DNA of 64,000 bases, from NCBI GenBank assembly GCA_037127735.1, contig JBAXXU010000002.1:18406-82405 (forward strand). The letters run 5' to 3'. The stretch comes from Bacteroidota bacterium (GTDB lineage: Bacteria; Bacteroidota; Bacteroidia; Bacteroidales; VadinHA17). Under the pieces are notes generated by a model. That model was not told the DNA's origin and searched no databases. It saw only the letters and a program-made list of their open reading frames with translations. This document shows positions 54,576 through 64,000 of the stretch, piece by piece; the stretch's first letter is position 1, and the number at the start of each line of letters is the position of its first letter. The translations under genes were made by a program, and so were the position numbers.

Positions 54576-55337
54576 ATGAGGCCATTTATTTTAGCTGAGA
54601 CGAACTGGAAAACAATCAAAGATCAGAAAATCGAATTAGCTGTTTTGCCATGGGGCGCAACTGAAGCGCATAATTATCATCTGCCATTCGTCACAGATAA
54701 TATTATGGTTGAGAAAATTGCAATGGAATCAGCTCAATCTGCATGGAATGTTGGAGCCAAAGTAATCGTATTGCCTGCAATTCCATTTGGTGTAAATACC
54801 GGCCAGATGGATATTAAATTAAATATAAACCTTAATCCCAGCACACAATTTGCCATATTGAATGATGTGATTGATGTCCTGAACAGACATGGAATTTATA
54901 AATTCCTGATCTTAAACGGGCATGGAGGTAATGATTTTAAACAGATAATCAGAGAATCAGGGCTGAGATATCCCAAAATGTTTATCTGTAGCTGTAACTG
55001 GTATCAGTCAATTGACCAGTCAGAATTTTTTGAAAATGGTGGTGGTCATGCTGATGAAATGGAAACAAGTATGATGCAATTCCTGTCACCGGAATTAGTA
55101 CTTCCATTAAATGAAGCGGGCATAGGGAAGGGCAAAAGGTTTAAAATAAAAGATTTAAATGAAAATTGGGCCTGGGCGGAACGAAAATGGTCAAAAGTAA
55201 CTCAGGATACTGGAATTGGCGATCCATCAAAAGCAACCTCTGAAAAAGGAGAAAGATATTTTAATGAAGTTGTTAAAAAGATAGCCAATATTATGGTTGA
55301 ATTATCGAAGGCAGATATTAGTGATATGTATGAATGA
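54576..55337 (+). CDS. Creatininase-family protein
   Basis: LPWGATEAH..HLP..TD, NGHGGN and GGHADEMETS. ATG at 54576. Confidence 0.9.
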   Translation: MRPFILAETNWKTIKDQKIELAVLPWGATEAHNYHLPFVTDNIMVEKIAMESAQSAWNVGAKVIVLPAIPFGVNTGQMDIKLNINLNPSTQFAILNDVIDVLNRHGIYKFLILNGHGGNDFKQIIRESGLRYPKMFICSCNWYQSIDQSEFFENGGGHADEMETSMMQFLSPELVLPLNEAGIGKGKRFKIKDLNENWAWAERKWSKVTQDTGIGDPSKATSEKGERYFNEVVKKIANIMVELSKADISDMYE

Positions 55338-55480
55338 TATCTATTACAAAAGTTTAAGAAGGTTTATCCGGCACATATTTGAGAGCATATTATTTATTTG
55401 TTTTATTTACCTGAATTAATAACTTTATAACTAATTAAACCGGATACAATTTTCAACTAACTAACACCAAATAATTACTA

Positions 55481-56392
55481 ATGATGAAAACTTCAAGGAG
55501 AACCTTTGTTAAGACAGGAACTATGGCAGCATTAGGTACTGCCTTGCTTCCCGGATCAGTTTTTGCCGCTGAAAAGCAAAATGGGATGGTTGGCATACAG
55601 TTATATTCTGTACGCGATGATATGTCAAAAGATCCGGTTGGATCGTTGACTCAACTTTCAAAAATGGGCTATGTGTATTTAGAACATGCCAATTACGTTG
55701 ACAGGAAATTTTATGGTTATACAGCTACTGAATTTAAGAAAATTCTTGACGGGCTGGGCCTTAAAATGGTCAGTGGCCATACTGTAATGGGCAAACAGCA
55801 CTGGGATGAAGCGAAAAAAGATTTTTCTGACAGCTGGAAACAGACAGTGGAAGATGCCGGTGTTCTTCAACAGAAGTATGTGGTAAGTCCTTCTATGGAT
55901 GAGAGCATGAGAAACAAATATGACGATTTCAAGAAGTACATGGATGTCTTCAACAAGTGTGGTGAATTGTGTAAAAAATCCGGTATGAAGTTTGGCTATC
56001 ACAACCACGATTTTGAATTCAGCGAGAAGCTCAATGGTGAAAAACTATTTGATATAATGATGAAGAGTATGAATCCTGAGCTGGTTGTAGTGCAGTTGGA
56101 TATCGGGAACCTGTATAACGGAGGGGCAATAGCTATTGATGTTGTCAATCAATACCCCGGCAGATTTGAAAACATTCATGTTAAAGACGAAATAGCCGGC
56201 CCGGTAGGGGGTGAAAAATATATAAGTACCATCCTTGGTGAAGGGATTGTTAATGCTAAGGAGGTTGTTGACCTGGCTACGAAAATCGGTGGAACTACCT
56301 GCTATATTATTGAGCAGGAATCGTATGGAACTAAGACACCCATGGAATGTGTAAAGGCCGATCTGGATATTATGAAGAAATGGGGATACTAA
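55481..56392 (+). CDS. Tat-exported sugar phosphate isomerase/epimerase (AP endonuclease 2 TIM barrel)
   Basis: SRRTFVK twin-arginine signal, GIQLYSVRD, YHNHDFEF, QLDIG, HVKD and IIEQE. Confidence 0.88.
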   Translation: MMKTSRRTFVKTGTMAALGTALLPGSVFAAEKQNGMVGIQLYSVRDDMSKDPVGSLTQLSKMGYVYLEHANYVDRKFYGYTATEFKKILDGLGLKMVSGHTVMGKQHWDEAKKDFSDSWKQTVEDAGVLQQKYVVSPSMDESMRNKYDDFKKYMDVFNKCGELCKKSGMKFGYHNHDFEFSEKLNGEKLFDIMMKSMNPELVVVQLDIGNLYNGGAIAIDVVNQYPGRFENIHVKDEIAGPVGGEKYISTILGEGIVNAKEVVDLATKIGGTTCYIIEQESYGTKTPMECVKADLDIMKKWGY

Positions 56393-56415
56393 TCCGAAAT
56401 AAGATTGAAATAAAT

Positions 56416-56439
56416 AAAACCGGCATTTAAGCCGGTTTT
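56416..56439. terminator. Bidirectional terminator between convergent genes
   Basis: AAAACCGGC-ATTTAA-GCCGGTTTT. Confidence 0.75.
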
Positions 56440-56537
56440 GTTATTACGTAACCATTTGTCCGGACTTAAGTTTACTATAATATAATGGTAGCGGAAAGGT
56501 TAATTTGGGACGAAGAAACAGCGCTACCTTCTTACCT

Positions 56538-59500
56538 TCACTCCTCGATAGCTGCATGATATTCCTGCAACGATTTTACCTTATATTCACCGTTTTGTCT
56601 TTCATTAATACCCTTGGTCGAGGAAAAAGCTGCTGATGTGGTTGTTATATACGGTATCTTGTATTTGATTGCACTCTTTCTGATATATGAATCATCGTAT
56701 TCGCTGAGTCTGCCTGCCGGAGTATTTACCACCAGATCTATTTCCCTGTTCTTGATTGCATCAACAATGTTGGGTCTTCCTTTAAGAACTTTCAGGATGA
56801 GATTAGCCGGAACACCGTGTTTTTCAAGAAACATTTTAGTTCTACCGGTCGATAGTATGGTAAAACCCATATCTCTGAAGTTTTGTGCAGTTGCGATGAT
56901 GCGATTCTTATCACGGTCAGCAATTGTAATTAGAACGGTTCCTTTAACAGGTAAAGGTGATTGTGTTGCCTCCTGCGATTTAAAAAATGCCATCCCGTAT
57001 GAATCAGCCATGCCAAGCACTTCTCCCGTGGAGCGCATTTCCGGACCCAGAAGTGGGTCAATGGCCGGGAACATATTAAAAGGGAATACAGCTTCTTTAA
57101 CACCGTAGTGGCGGAAGGTCTTTTTCTTAAGATTAAAGTCGGAAAGTTTTTGTCCAAGCAATATCTGTGTGGCTATCCTGGCCATCGAAATATTACAGAC
57201 TTTTGAAACCAGAGGAACTGTACGAGAGGCTCTTGGGTTGGCTTCCAGAATGTAAACCGTATCTTCGTAAATTGCATACTGTATATTCATCAAGCCTACC
57301 ACTTTCAATTCAATCGCGATCCTTCTCGTGTAATCATATATCGTTTTCTTATGGTCTTTCTTTATTATAACGGATGGAATAACGCAGGCTGAGTCGCCGG
57401 AATGTATTCCTGCATATTCAATATGCTGCATCACAACAGGAACAAATGCATCAACACCATCTGAAATTGCATCGGCTTCTGCCTCAATTGCATCCTCAAG
57501 GAACTTATCGAGCAGCAAGGGTCGGTCGGGAGATACGCCAACCGCTTTTGTAACATATTCTTCGAGCATCTCCCCATCGAGAATTATTTTCATGGCTCTT
57601 CCTCCAAGGACATAAGAAGGTCTTATCATTAGTGGATACCCGATTCTTCCGGCAATTACAAGAGCCTGTTCAAGGTTGCTTGCCATTCCTGACTCAGGTT
57701 GGGGAATTCCCAATTTGGTTATTATATGCCTGAAACGATCGCGATCTTCTGCAAGATCGATAGTTTCAGGGGTTGTACCCAGAATTTTCACATCGGCTTC
57801 TGCAAGCTCTTTTGCAAGGTTCAATGGCGTTTGTCCGCCAAACTGAACAATTACCCCTTCAGGTTTTTCCTTGTTATAAATGCTTAAGACATCTTCGGTT
57901 GTAAGTGGCTCGAAATATAATTTGTCGGCTGTGTCATAATCTGTAGAAACTGTTTCGGGATTACAGTTTACCATTATCGATTCGTATCCTGCATTGCGTA
58001 TCGCCGATGCTGCATGTACACAACAGTAGTCAAATTCAATACCCTGACCAATTCTGTTAGGGCCACCACCAAGTACCATTATCTTTTTTCGGTTGCTTAC
58101 AACCACCTTATCGGGGGCATTATAGGTTGAAAAGTAATAAGCAGCATTCTCGACACCACTTACAGGTACAGATTCCCATGCCTCATTAAGTCCGATTGCT
58201 ATCCGTTTTGCCCTGATCTCTTTTTCAGGAATACCCAATAACTTTGAAAGGTATTTATCTGCAAATCCATCTTTTTTTGCCTTAAGAAGGAGCTCGTCCG
58301 GCGGCATATTCCCTTTATAGGCAAGTAATACTTCTTCCTCGTCAACCAGTTCTTTCATCTGTGAAATGAACCATGACTTGATATGTGTTTTTTTGTGAAG
58401 CTCCTCTATGTCAGCGCCTTGACGTAAAGCCTCGTACATAATAAACTGCCTTTCGCTCGAAGGGTGTTTAAGCATATTCATCAGTTCGTCGAGTGGTTTT
58501 TTGTTGAAATCCTTTGCAAACCCCAACCCGTAACGTCCTATCTCAAGTGAACGGATAGCTTTCTGAAGAGCCTCTTTGTAAGTTTTACCGATACTCATTA
58601 CTTCGCCGACTGCAAGCATTTGTGTGCCAAGCTTATCTTCGAGTCCATCAAACTTCTCGAAGGCCCATCGTGCAAACTTTACAACCACATAATCGCCTGA
58701 GGGCGTATATTTATCGAGTGTCCCATCGCGCCAGTAAGGTATTTCATCGAGGGTTAACCCGCCGGCAAGAAGAGAAGAGACAAAAGCAATGGGGAATCCG
58801 GTTGCCTTTGAAGCAAGAGCTGATGAACGCGAGGTCCGCGGGTTTATCTCTATTACAACTACCTTACCGGTCTTGGGATTGTGAGCAAACTGCACATTTG
58901 TCCCGCCTATAACTTCAATTGCTTCAACAATATCGTAAGAATATTTTTGGAGACGCTTCTGAAGCTCTGGACTTATAGTCATCATTGGAGCAGTACAGAA
59001 TGAATCACCTGTATGAACGCCCATTGCATCAACATTCTCGATGAAACAGACTGTGATCATCTGGTTTTTAGAATCTCTCACAACTTCCAGTTCAAGCTCT
59101 TCCCAGCCTAAAACAGACTCTTCGATCAGGATCTGGTTTGCAATGCTTGCCGATAGTCCCCTGCCGGCTATTGTCCGAAGTTCTTCCAGATTATATACCA
59201 GTCCGCCACCGGTGCCACCCATCGTGTATGCCGGTCGGATAACTACCGGGTATCCGAGTTCAGCGGCGGCTCTTTCAGCATCTTCAACTGTATTAACTGC
59301 CTTGCTGTTAGGCATTTCAATACTAAGACGGTTCATTGTTTCCTTGAAAGCTATCCTGTCTTCGCCTCTTTCAATTGCATCAATATTAACACCAATTACC
59401 TCTACATTATATTTAGCCAGAATGCCTTTTTTTGCAAGAAGAGATGAGAGATTCAAGCCTGTCTGTCCTCCAAGGTTTGGAAGAAGTGCATCGGGGCGTT

Positions 59501-59741
59501 CCTTTTTTATTATTTCGGTTAGGGCATACTCGTTGAGTGGTTCTATATATGTTGCATCAGCAACCTCAGGGTCGGTCATTATTGTAGCAGGGTTAGAGTT
59601 GACCAATACAATTTTATAGCCTAAGGAACGCAGTGCTTTACAGGCTTGGGTTCCTGAATAATCGAATTCACAGGCTTGTCCGATGATAATTGGTCCTGAG
59701 CCAATTATTAATACTTTTTTAATATCCTCGCGATGTGGCAT
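56538..59741 (-). CDS. carB: Carbamoyl-phosphate synthase large subunit
   Basis: IIGSGPIIIGQACEFDYSG, two ATP-grasp domains (RPAYTMGG and RPSYVLGG), HTGDS/HSGDS, EINPR/EANPR and a C-terminal MGS domain. Confidence 0.98.
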   Translation of the reverse strand: MPHREDIKKVLIIGSGPIIIGQACEFDYSGTQACKALRSLGYKIVLVNSNPATIMTDPEVADATYIEPLNEYALTEIIKKERPDALLPNLGGQTGLNLSSLLAKKGILAKYNVEVIGVNIDAIERGEDRIAFKETMNRLSIEMPNSKAVNTVEDAERAAAELGYPVVIRPAYTMGGTGGGLVYNLEELRTIAGRGLSASIANQILIEESVLGWEELELEVVRDSKNQMITVCFIENVDAMGVHTGDSFCTAPMMTISPELQKRLQKYSYDIVEAIEVIGGTNVQFAHNPKTGKVVVIEINPRTSRSSALASKATGFPIAFVSSLLAGGLTLDEIPYWRDGTLDKYTPSGDYVVVKFARWAFEKFDGLEDKLGTQMLAVGEVMSIGKTYKEALQKAIRSLEIGRYGLGFAKDFNKKPLDELMNMLKHPSSERQFIMYEALRQGADIEELHKKTHIKSWFISQMKELVDEEEVLLAYKGNMPPDELLLKAKKDGFADKYLSKLLGIPEKEIRAKRIAIGLNEAWESVPVSGVENAAYYFSTYNAPDKVVVSNRKKIMVLGGGPNRIGQGIEFDYCCVHAASAIRNAGYESIMVNCNPETVSTDYDTADKLYFEPLTTEDVLSIYNKEKPEGVIVQFGGQTPLNLAKELAEADVKILGTTPETIDLAEDRDRFRHIITKLGIPQPESGMASNLEQALVIAGRIGYPLMIRPSYVLGGRAMKIILDGEMLEEYVTKAVGVSPDRPLLLDKFLEDAIEAEADAISDGVDAFVPVVMQHIEYAGIHSGDSACVIPSVIIKKDHKKTIYDYTRRIAIELKVVGLMNIQYAIYEDTVYILEANPRASRTVPLVSKVCNISMARIATQILLGQKLSDFNLKKKTFRHYGVKEAVFPFNMFPAIDPLLGPEMRSTGEVLGMADSYGMAFFKSQEATQSPLPVKGTVLITIADRDKNRIIATAQNFRDMGFTILSTGRTKMFLEKHGVPANLILKVLKGRPNIVDAIKNREIDLVVNTPAGRLSEYDDSYIRKSAIKYKIPYITTTSAAFSSTKGINERQNGEYKVKSLQEYHAAIEE

Positions 59742-59799
59742 AATACTATTGTAGATTTATTGTTTTTACTCTTAGCTTTTTACACTTTACATTTAGCGT

Positions 59800-59889
59800 T
59801 TATAAACATGTGGTCTGTAGGCGTGCCCACGGGTTAAAACATACCCAACAGATTAAGGTCAGTAATAACGCGGTGGTTAAGGTTTTCAT
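59800..59889 (-). CDS. Putative leader peptide (uORF) upstream of carB: MKTLTTALLLTLICWVCFNPWARLQTTCL
   Basis: ATG at 59889, TAA at 59802-59800, 58 nt before carB. -7-like CAACTTTG at 59913-59906. Too short for the ORF track. Confidence 0.4.
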   Translation of the reverse strand: MKTLTTALLLTLICWVCFNPWARLQTTCL

Positions 59890-60267
59890 ATTCTTTAAAT
59901 TAAAGCAAAGTTGATTCAGACCAGATTCAGCAAATTACTAATAAATTCATTTCAACAATAAAGATAGTTTTTTCATTAATTCATCTTCTATTTATTTTTC
60001 TAAAATAAAACGAACATAACGGAATAGACTCTCTGTTGTATTCACGTGCCTCTTTTACTAACACAAAAAACTAAATCTTTACGGCAAAGCGAGCCTGCCT
60101 GAAAAAATAATTATTACTTTGGACGAGTATTTCAGTTACTGAGAAGTTTGTAATAAATAATTTGACTATTAAATCGCTTGGTTACGAAAATAAACTAAAA
60201 AATCAATAAATCAAACAGTTAAATTCTGTAATTTAATTCGCCTTGCATTATTTAATAAGTAAGTTTT

Positions 60268-60810
60268 ATGAAGCAAATAGTAAAAATATTGTTTTTGGTG
60301 TTGATAGCCATTAGCTCATGCAGGAACAGGAATGACAATAATATTAAACCTGCACCTGGCGATGCAAAAAACAATATTGCTGATACCGGCTCAATCAGTA
60401 AAAAGGCTCCGGATAATTTTCTTATTGATTATACTTCAAAACAAGATAGCGGGGCTGTATATATGTATTGTGAGAAAATGCCGGAATTCCCCGGGGGAGA
60501 AACTGCTTTTTTTGATTATGTAAAAAATAAAATAAAATATCCGCGACTTGCAGTATCAGATAAAATAGAAGGACGTGTAGTCATAAAGTTTATTGTCAAA
60601 GCAAGTGGCGAGGCAGGTGACGTGCAAATTATAAGAAGCATCAGATCTGACCTGGATAATGAATGTATCAAAGTTATCAGTGAGTTGCCTAAATGGAAAC
60701 CAGGAATGATTAATGACAAACCTGTCGCGGTTTCATACAGTATTCCTGTTCGTTTTCTATTAAAGAATAGCGAGAATCTTAATGGTATTTTTATTCTGCC
60801 TGAAAAATAG
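60268..60810 (+). CDS. Lipoprotein with a TonB C-terminal domain
   Basis: Lipobox ISSC, MPEFPGG, I.YP..A....IEGRV...FIV and W.PG......V.VSY.IP. Confidence 0.85.
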   Translation: MKQIVKILFLVLIAISSCRNRNDNNIKPAPGDAKNNIADTGSISKKAPDNFLIDYTSKQDSGAVYMYCEKMPEFPGGETAFFDYVKNKIKYPRLAVSDKIEGRVVIKFIVKASGEAGDVQIIRSIRSDLDNECIKVISELPKWKPGMINDKPVAVSYSIPVRFLLKNSENLNGIFILPEK

Positions 60811-60899
60811 GAGTTATAGCTCTGGCACATCAAATATTATAGGTATAAATGCTCACCGGTAACATTCATTAAGAAAATTGTGACCAAAACAGAGTAATT

Positions 60900-61559
60900 A
60901 TGAATACAATAAAAACATTAACCAGATGCATCTTTTTAGCATCATCATTAATTATTTCCTCATGCAGCGGCGGAGTAAAAGATCAGGACGGCAACAGTTA
61001 TAAAACAGTAAAAATCGGCAATCAGAGGTGGATGGTTGAAAACCTGAGCGTTAGCCACTTCAGAAATGGTGACACAATACCTGAAGTGAGATCTTCTGAG
61101 GAATGGAAAAGATTGGGAGAAGAAGGCAAACCAGCCTGGTGCACTATACAAAATGACCCGGAGAATGGCAAAAAATATGGTAAACTTTATAATTGGTGCG
61201 CTGTGACTGATCCCCGTGGCTTAGCGCCAAAAGGTTGGCACGTGCCTTCAGATGAGGAATGGACACAACTAACGAATTACCTGGGAGGAGGAGTGTCAGC
61301 CGCACTAATAATGAGAAAAGTTGGTTTTGCAGAAAAAGGAAAGGAAGCTGACCAGGGTAGCTTTTCAGCTCTTCCGGGGGGAAACCGTATCAGCAATGGC
61401 ACATTCTACGGGCTTGATACCTACGGCTACTGGTGGTCCGCTACAGAGGTTAATGCCTCAAACGCCTGGATGCGTCTCCTGAACTACGTTAAGTGTGATG
61501 TTAATATCCTTATATACAATAAGATAAATGGGTTATCAGTTCGATGTATCAGGGAATAG
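60900..61559 (+). CDS. FISUMP (Fibrobacter succinogenes major paralogous) domain lipoprotein
   Basis: DQDGNSYKTVKIGNQ.WM.ENL, YGKLYNW, APKGWHVPS..EW, GYWWSAT and GLSVRCIR. Confidence 0.9.
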   Translation: MNTIKTLTRCIFLASSLIISSCSGGVKDQDGNSYKTVKIGNQRWMVENLSVSHFRNGDTIPEVRSSEEWKRLGEEGKPAWCTIQNDPENGKKYGKLYNWCAVTDPRGLAPKGWHVPSDEEWTQLTNYLGGGVSAALIMRKVGFAEKGKEADQGSFSALPGGNRISNGTFYGLDTYGYWWSATEVNASNAWMRLLNYVKCDVNILIYNKINGLSVRCIRE

Positions 61560-61716
61560 ATTATCTTGTTTGCAGGTGCCTCTGCCACGTATGGAGAAGC
61601 ACAATTTGCCATGATCAATTTGGAAAGTTGAAAGGAGAGGACACTAAAGTTTTCCGCGTAAAAAAACCTGATTTTACTTACTTAATTTTAGTATTAAGGT
61701 ATAAAACATTTGAAGG

Positions 61717-63528
61717 ATGAGAAGAGTGAGGAAAGTTTTCAGTTATGTAACAGGAGGAACAATTGGTTTTGCGGTAATAGTTTTGTTGGTTAAGTTTATA
61801 TTTGATAACCACTTCAGAACTCAAATACCTCCTCCTCCCGATATGCAGTCCATATCAATCCGGCTTAAGGAACAAATGTCAGATGCTTTTAAAAATGCAA
61901 ATCATAAACCCACTGCTGATAATATTGGAACATTGGGCATGGTTTATCATTCAAGTGCAAATTATGATAAAGCATCTATGTGCTATAAATTGGCTGAAAA
62001 GAAAAATAAGAAAGAATGGATCTGGAGTTATTATCTCGGATATTTAAACCAGGAGATGGGTGATCCAAATGCCGCGATTGGAAATTTCATGAACGTCACA
62101 AAGAAAAATCCACAGGCCTATTTAGCCTGGTATTATGCAGGTGAATGTTATCAGAAAATCGGTTCTTATGATAGCGCCGAACTGGCATTTAAATATATTA
62201 TAACCAGATTAGGTAAGAATGTAATTGTTAAGACTGCAAAAAGGTATGATTATTTTCCAATGGTTGCTTATTCCATGTATGATCTGGCAAGGATATATGT
62301 TGATACCAGGCAGTTTGATCTGGCAGAGAAAACACTCAGGGAAATAATTGATTACCAGAGGGCATTTGGTCCGGCATATCGCCTTCTCGGTAATGTATAT
62401 AGTATCAAAGGTTCTGATTCATTAAGCAATCGTTACCTTGTACGGGCAAATGATCTGGCAGGAAATCCTTCTCCTGTGGACACTCTGATTGACAAGCTTT
62501 CACTTATGTCAAGATCAGATATGTACCTGCTTAAAAGGATAGACGAAGCAGAAAAAAATGTTTTTCCTGAATATGCTCTTGAGTTAGTAAACCATGCACT
62601 AACCTACATTCCTGATAACAATTATTTAATTTCCAAAGCTATCAAGTTGTTTCTGATCAGGGATATCGGGAAGCAGGCCTTGCCTTATCTCGATCAGCAT
62701 AGTAATTATTTCCAGAAAGATTATAACGAGTTAAAAAGTGTTGGAGATCTATTGTATAAAAAAGGATTTTATTCTGAGGGAATGAATTATTTTTCAAAGG
62801 CAATAAAACTTAAACCGTCAGATAATCAGGCACAATCATGTATAATTATTTGCCTTTCGAAGGTTGGAAGGAAGAAAGAAGCGCTTGATTTGATAAATGC
62901 CCTTCTTGAAAAGAATGAAACAAACCCTGAAATTATCACTGATGGAATGGCATTGCTGCTTAATATCGGGGAGAAAGAAAAAGCTATGATATGGCTGGCA
63001 AGACTTAAGAGCCTCTCGTCCTCTTATCCAAAAGGGTTGCAATTGGAAGGGATGCTTGATGAGCAGGAAGGAAAATGGCAGAAAGCTCTGCCTTTGTATT
63101 ATTCTGCCTTTAAAGGCGATCCGGAAGATTTGACCACCATACAATTGCTTGGTAATCTGTTATTACGACAAAAAATGTGGGATAAGGCAATACTTCATTT
63201 CACGAAGGCGTTGGAATATCACCCTAATGAACCCTTTCTTTTGGAAAGGCTTGGAACACTTCTTGTAACTTGCAACGATCTGAAGTTCAGAAATATCACA
63301 GAGGGCAAAGACTTATGTGAAAGAGCATTTATTCATACAGCCAGTCATTCCATAACATTAATCTCGGCCGGAAGAAGCCTAGCAATTGCATACGCTGCTC
63401 TTGGAGATAATCGAAATGCCCGTAATATTTTAAAAATGACAATGAATCTGGCACGAAATGAAAATTTTTCTTCAGAATACATTGCTAATCTTGAAAAATT
63501 GATGGAGCAATTCAGCCTTCAGAACTAG
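61717..63528 (+). CDS. Membrane-anchored tetratricopeptide repeat protein
   Basis: N-terminal TM segment and many TPR-like helices (W.YYLG, AWYYAG, AYRLLG). Confidence 0.8.
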   Translation: MRRVRKVFSYVTGGTIGFAVIVLLVKFIFDNHFRTQIPPPPDMQSISIRLKEQMSDAFKNANHKPTADNIGTLGMVYHSSANYDKASMCYKLAEKKNKKEWIWSYYLGYLNQEMGDPNAAIGNFMNVTKKNPQAYLAWYYAGECYQKIGSYDSAELAFKYIITRLGKNVIVKTAKRYDYFPMVAYSMYDLARIYVDTRQFDLAEKTLREIIDYQRAFGPAYRLLGNVYSIKGSDSLSNRYLVRANDLAGNPSPVDTLIDKLSLMSRSDMYLLKRIDEAEKNVFPEYALELVNHALTYIPDNNYLISKAIKLFLIRDIGKQALPYLDQHSNYFQKDYNELKSVGDLLYKKGFYSEGMNYFSKAIKLKPSDNQAQSCIIICLSKVGRKKEALDLINALLEKNETNPEIITDGMALLLNIGEKEKAMIWLARLKSLSSSYPKGLQLEGMLDEQEGKWQKALPLYYSAFKGDPEDLTTIQLLGNLLLRQKMWDKAILHFTKALEYHPNEPFLLERLGTLLVTCNDLKFRNITEGKDLCERAFIHTASHSITLISAGRSLAIAYAALGDNRNARNILKMTMNLARNENFSSEYIANLEKLMEQFSLQN

Positions 63529-63562
63529 GCAGGAAGTTGGTGGATGATAACCTGTTAGCCAC

Positions 63563-64000
63563 TCATTTTTTCCCTGATAGTTCCCCATTATTCATCCATA
63601 ATGCTACCCTGCTCATCCTGTCATAAGGCGGATATGCATGCATTCCGCCTGTAACCATATCCATTAACCCGTCATTATTGAAATCTCCCAATTCAAGGGT
63701 AATCAGATGGGTAGGATTATTGGTAATGTCATGCCTGGTGAATTGCTGTTTCCCGTTATTCTCCAGCCAAATAAAACTTAAAGATTCAGGTTTATCCCAG
63801 AGATTAAATGCACTCACTGCGAAAATATCCAGATCCCCGTCACCATCAATGTCAACCGGCCTCGCGTTATATGCTCCTGTAAAATTGCAGATCCTGTGAA
63901 ATTCAAAATTCAGATTACCTTTATTCTCTAACCATTGCACTCCATGCCAGGGTCTGCCCTGAGGAGGAATATAGTCAAACGCATCGCCGTTTGTGTAGAG
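63563..64000 (-). CDS. FG-GAP/VCBS-repeat protein, partial (5' end beyond the window)
   Basis: The frame is open from 64000 (LYTNGDAFDYIPPQGRPWHGVQWLEN...). DIDGDGDLDI, WLENNG and GDFNNDGLMD motifs. Confidence 0.85.
   Translation of the reverse strand, partial: LYTNGDAFDYIPPQGRPWHGVQWLENKGNLNFEFHRICNFTGAYNARPVDIDGDGDLDIFAVSAFNLWDKPESLSFIWLENNGKQQFTRHDITNNPTHLITLELGDFNNDGLMDMVTGGMHAYPPYDRMSRVALWMNNGELSGKK

Overview
AT-rich chromosomal segment of a Bacteroidota bacterium, most likely Bacteroidales. The basis is Bacteroidota-type gene content (porX, porW/sprE, gldH, DUF4270, FISUMP) and several TAnnTTTG promoter elements. All product names come from recalled motifs and family resemblance; no database search was run. 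The window holds about 55 genes, mostly housekeeping: glmS, metG, tsaE, trmB, holB, pgk, waaA, nrdJ, gltX, tcdA and carB. It also has a nucleotide-sugar block (rfbB, galE and Wbp-type genes for a 2,3-diacetamido-uronic acid), T9SS/gliding genes and a probable IS66 remnant at the left edge. I found no rRNA, tRNA or CRISPR array. The best candidate for an undescribed system is the minus-strand module tdh - AcsA-like ligase - DltC-like carrier protein - divergent kbl (45813-50189), which sits directly upstream of a second, ordinary kbl and two methyltransferases. It suggests carrier-protein-tethered acetyl/glycine/threonine chemistry. Other notable observations: (1) a 60-nt in-frame insertion in trmB, bounded by a 6-bp direct repeat and related to a dispersed C-run/G-run palindrome family; (2) an alanine-dehydrogenase homolog lacking the catalytic Lys and His, downstream of porX-tsaE; (3) a 29-codon Leu/Thr-rich uORF ahead of a solitary carB; (4) several short tandem and palindromic repeat arrays.
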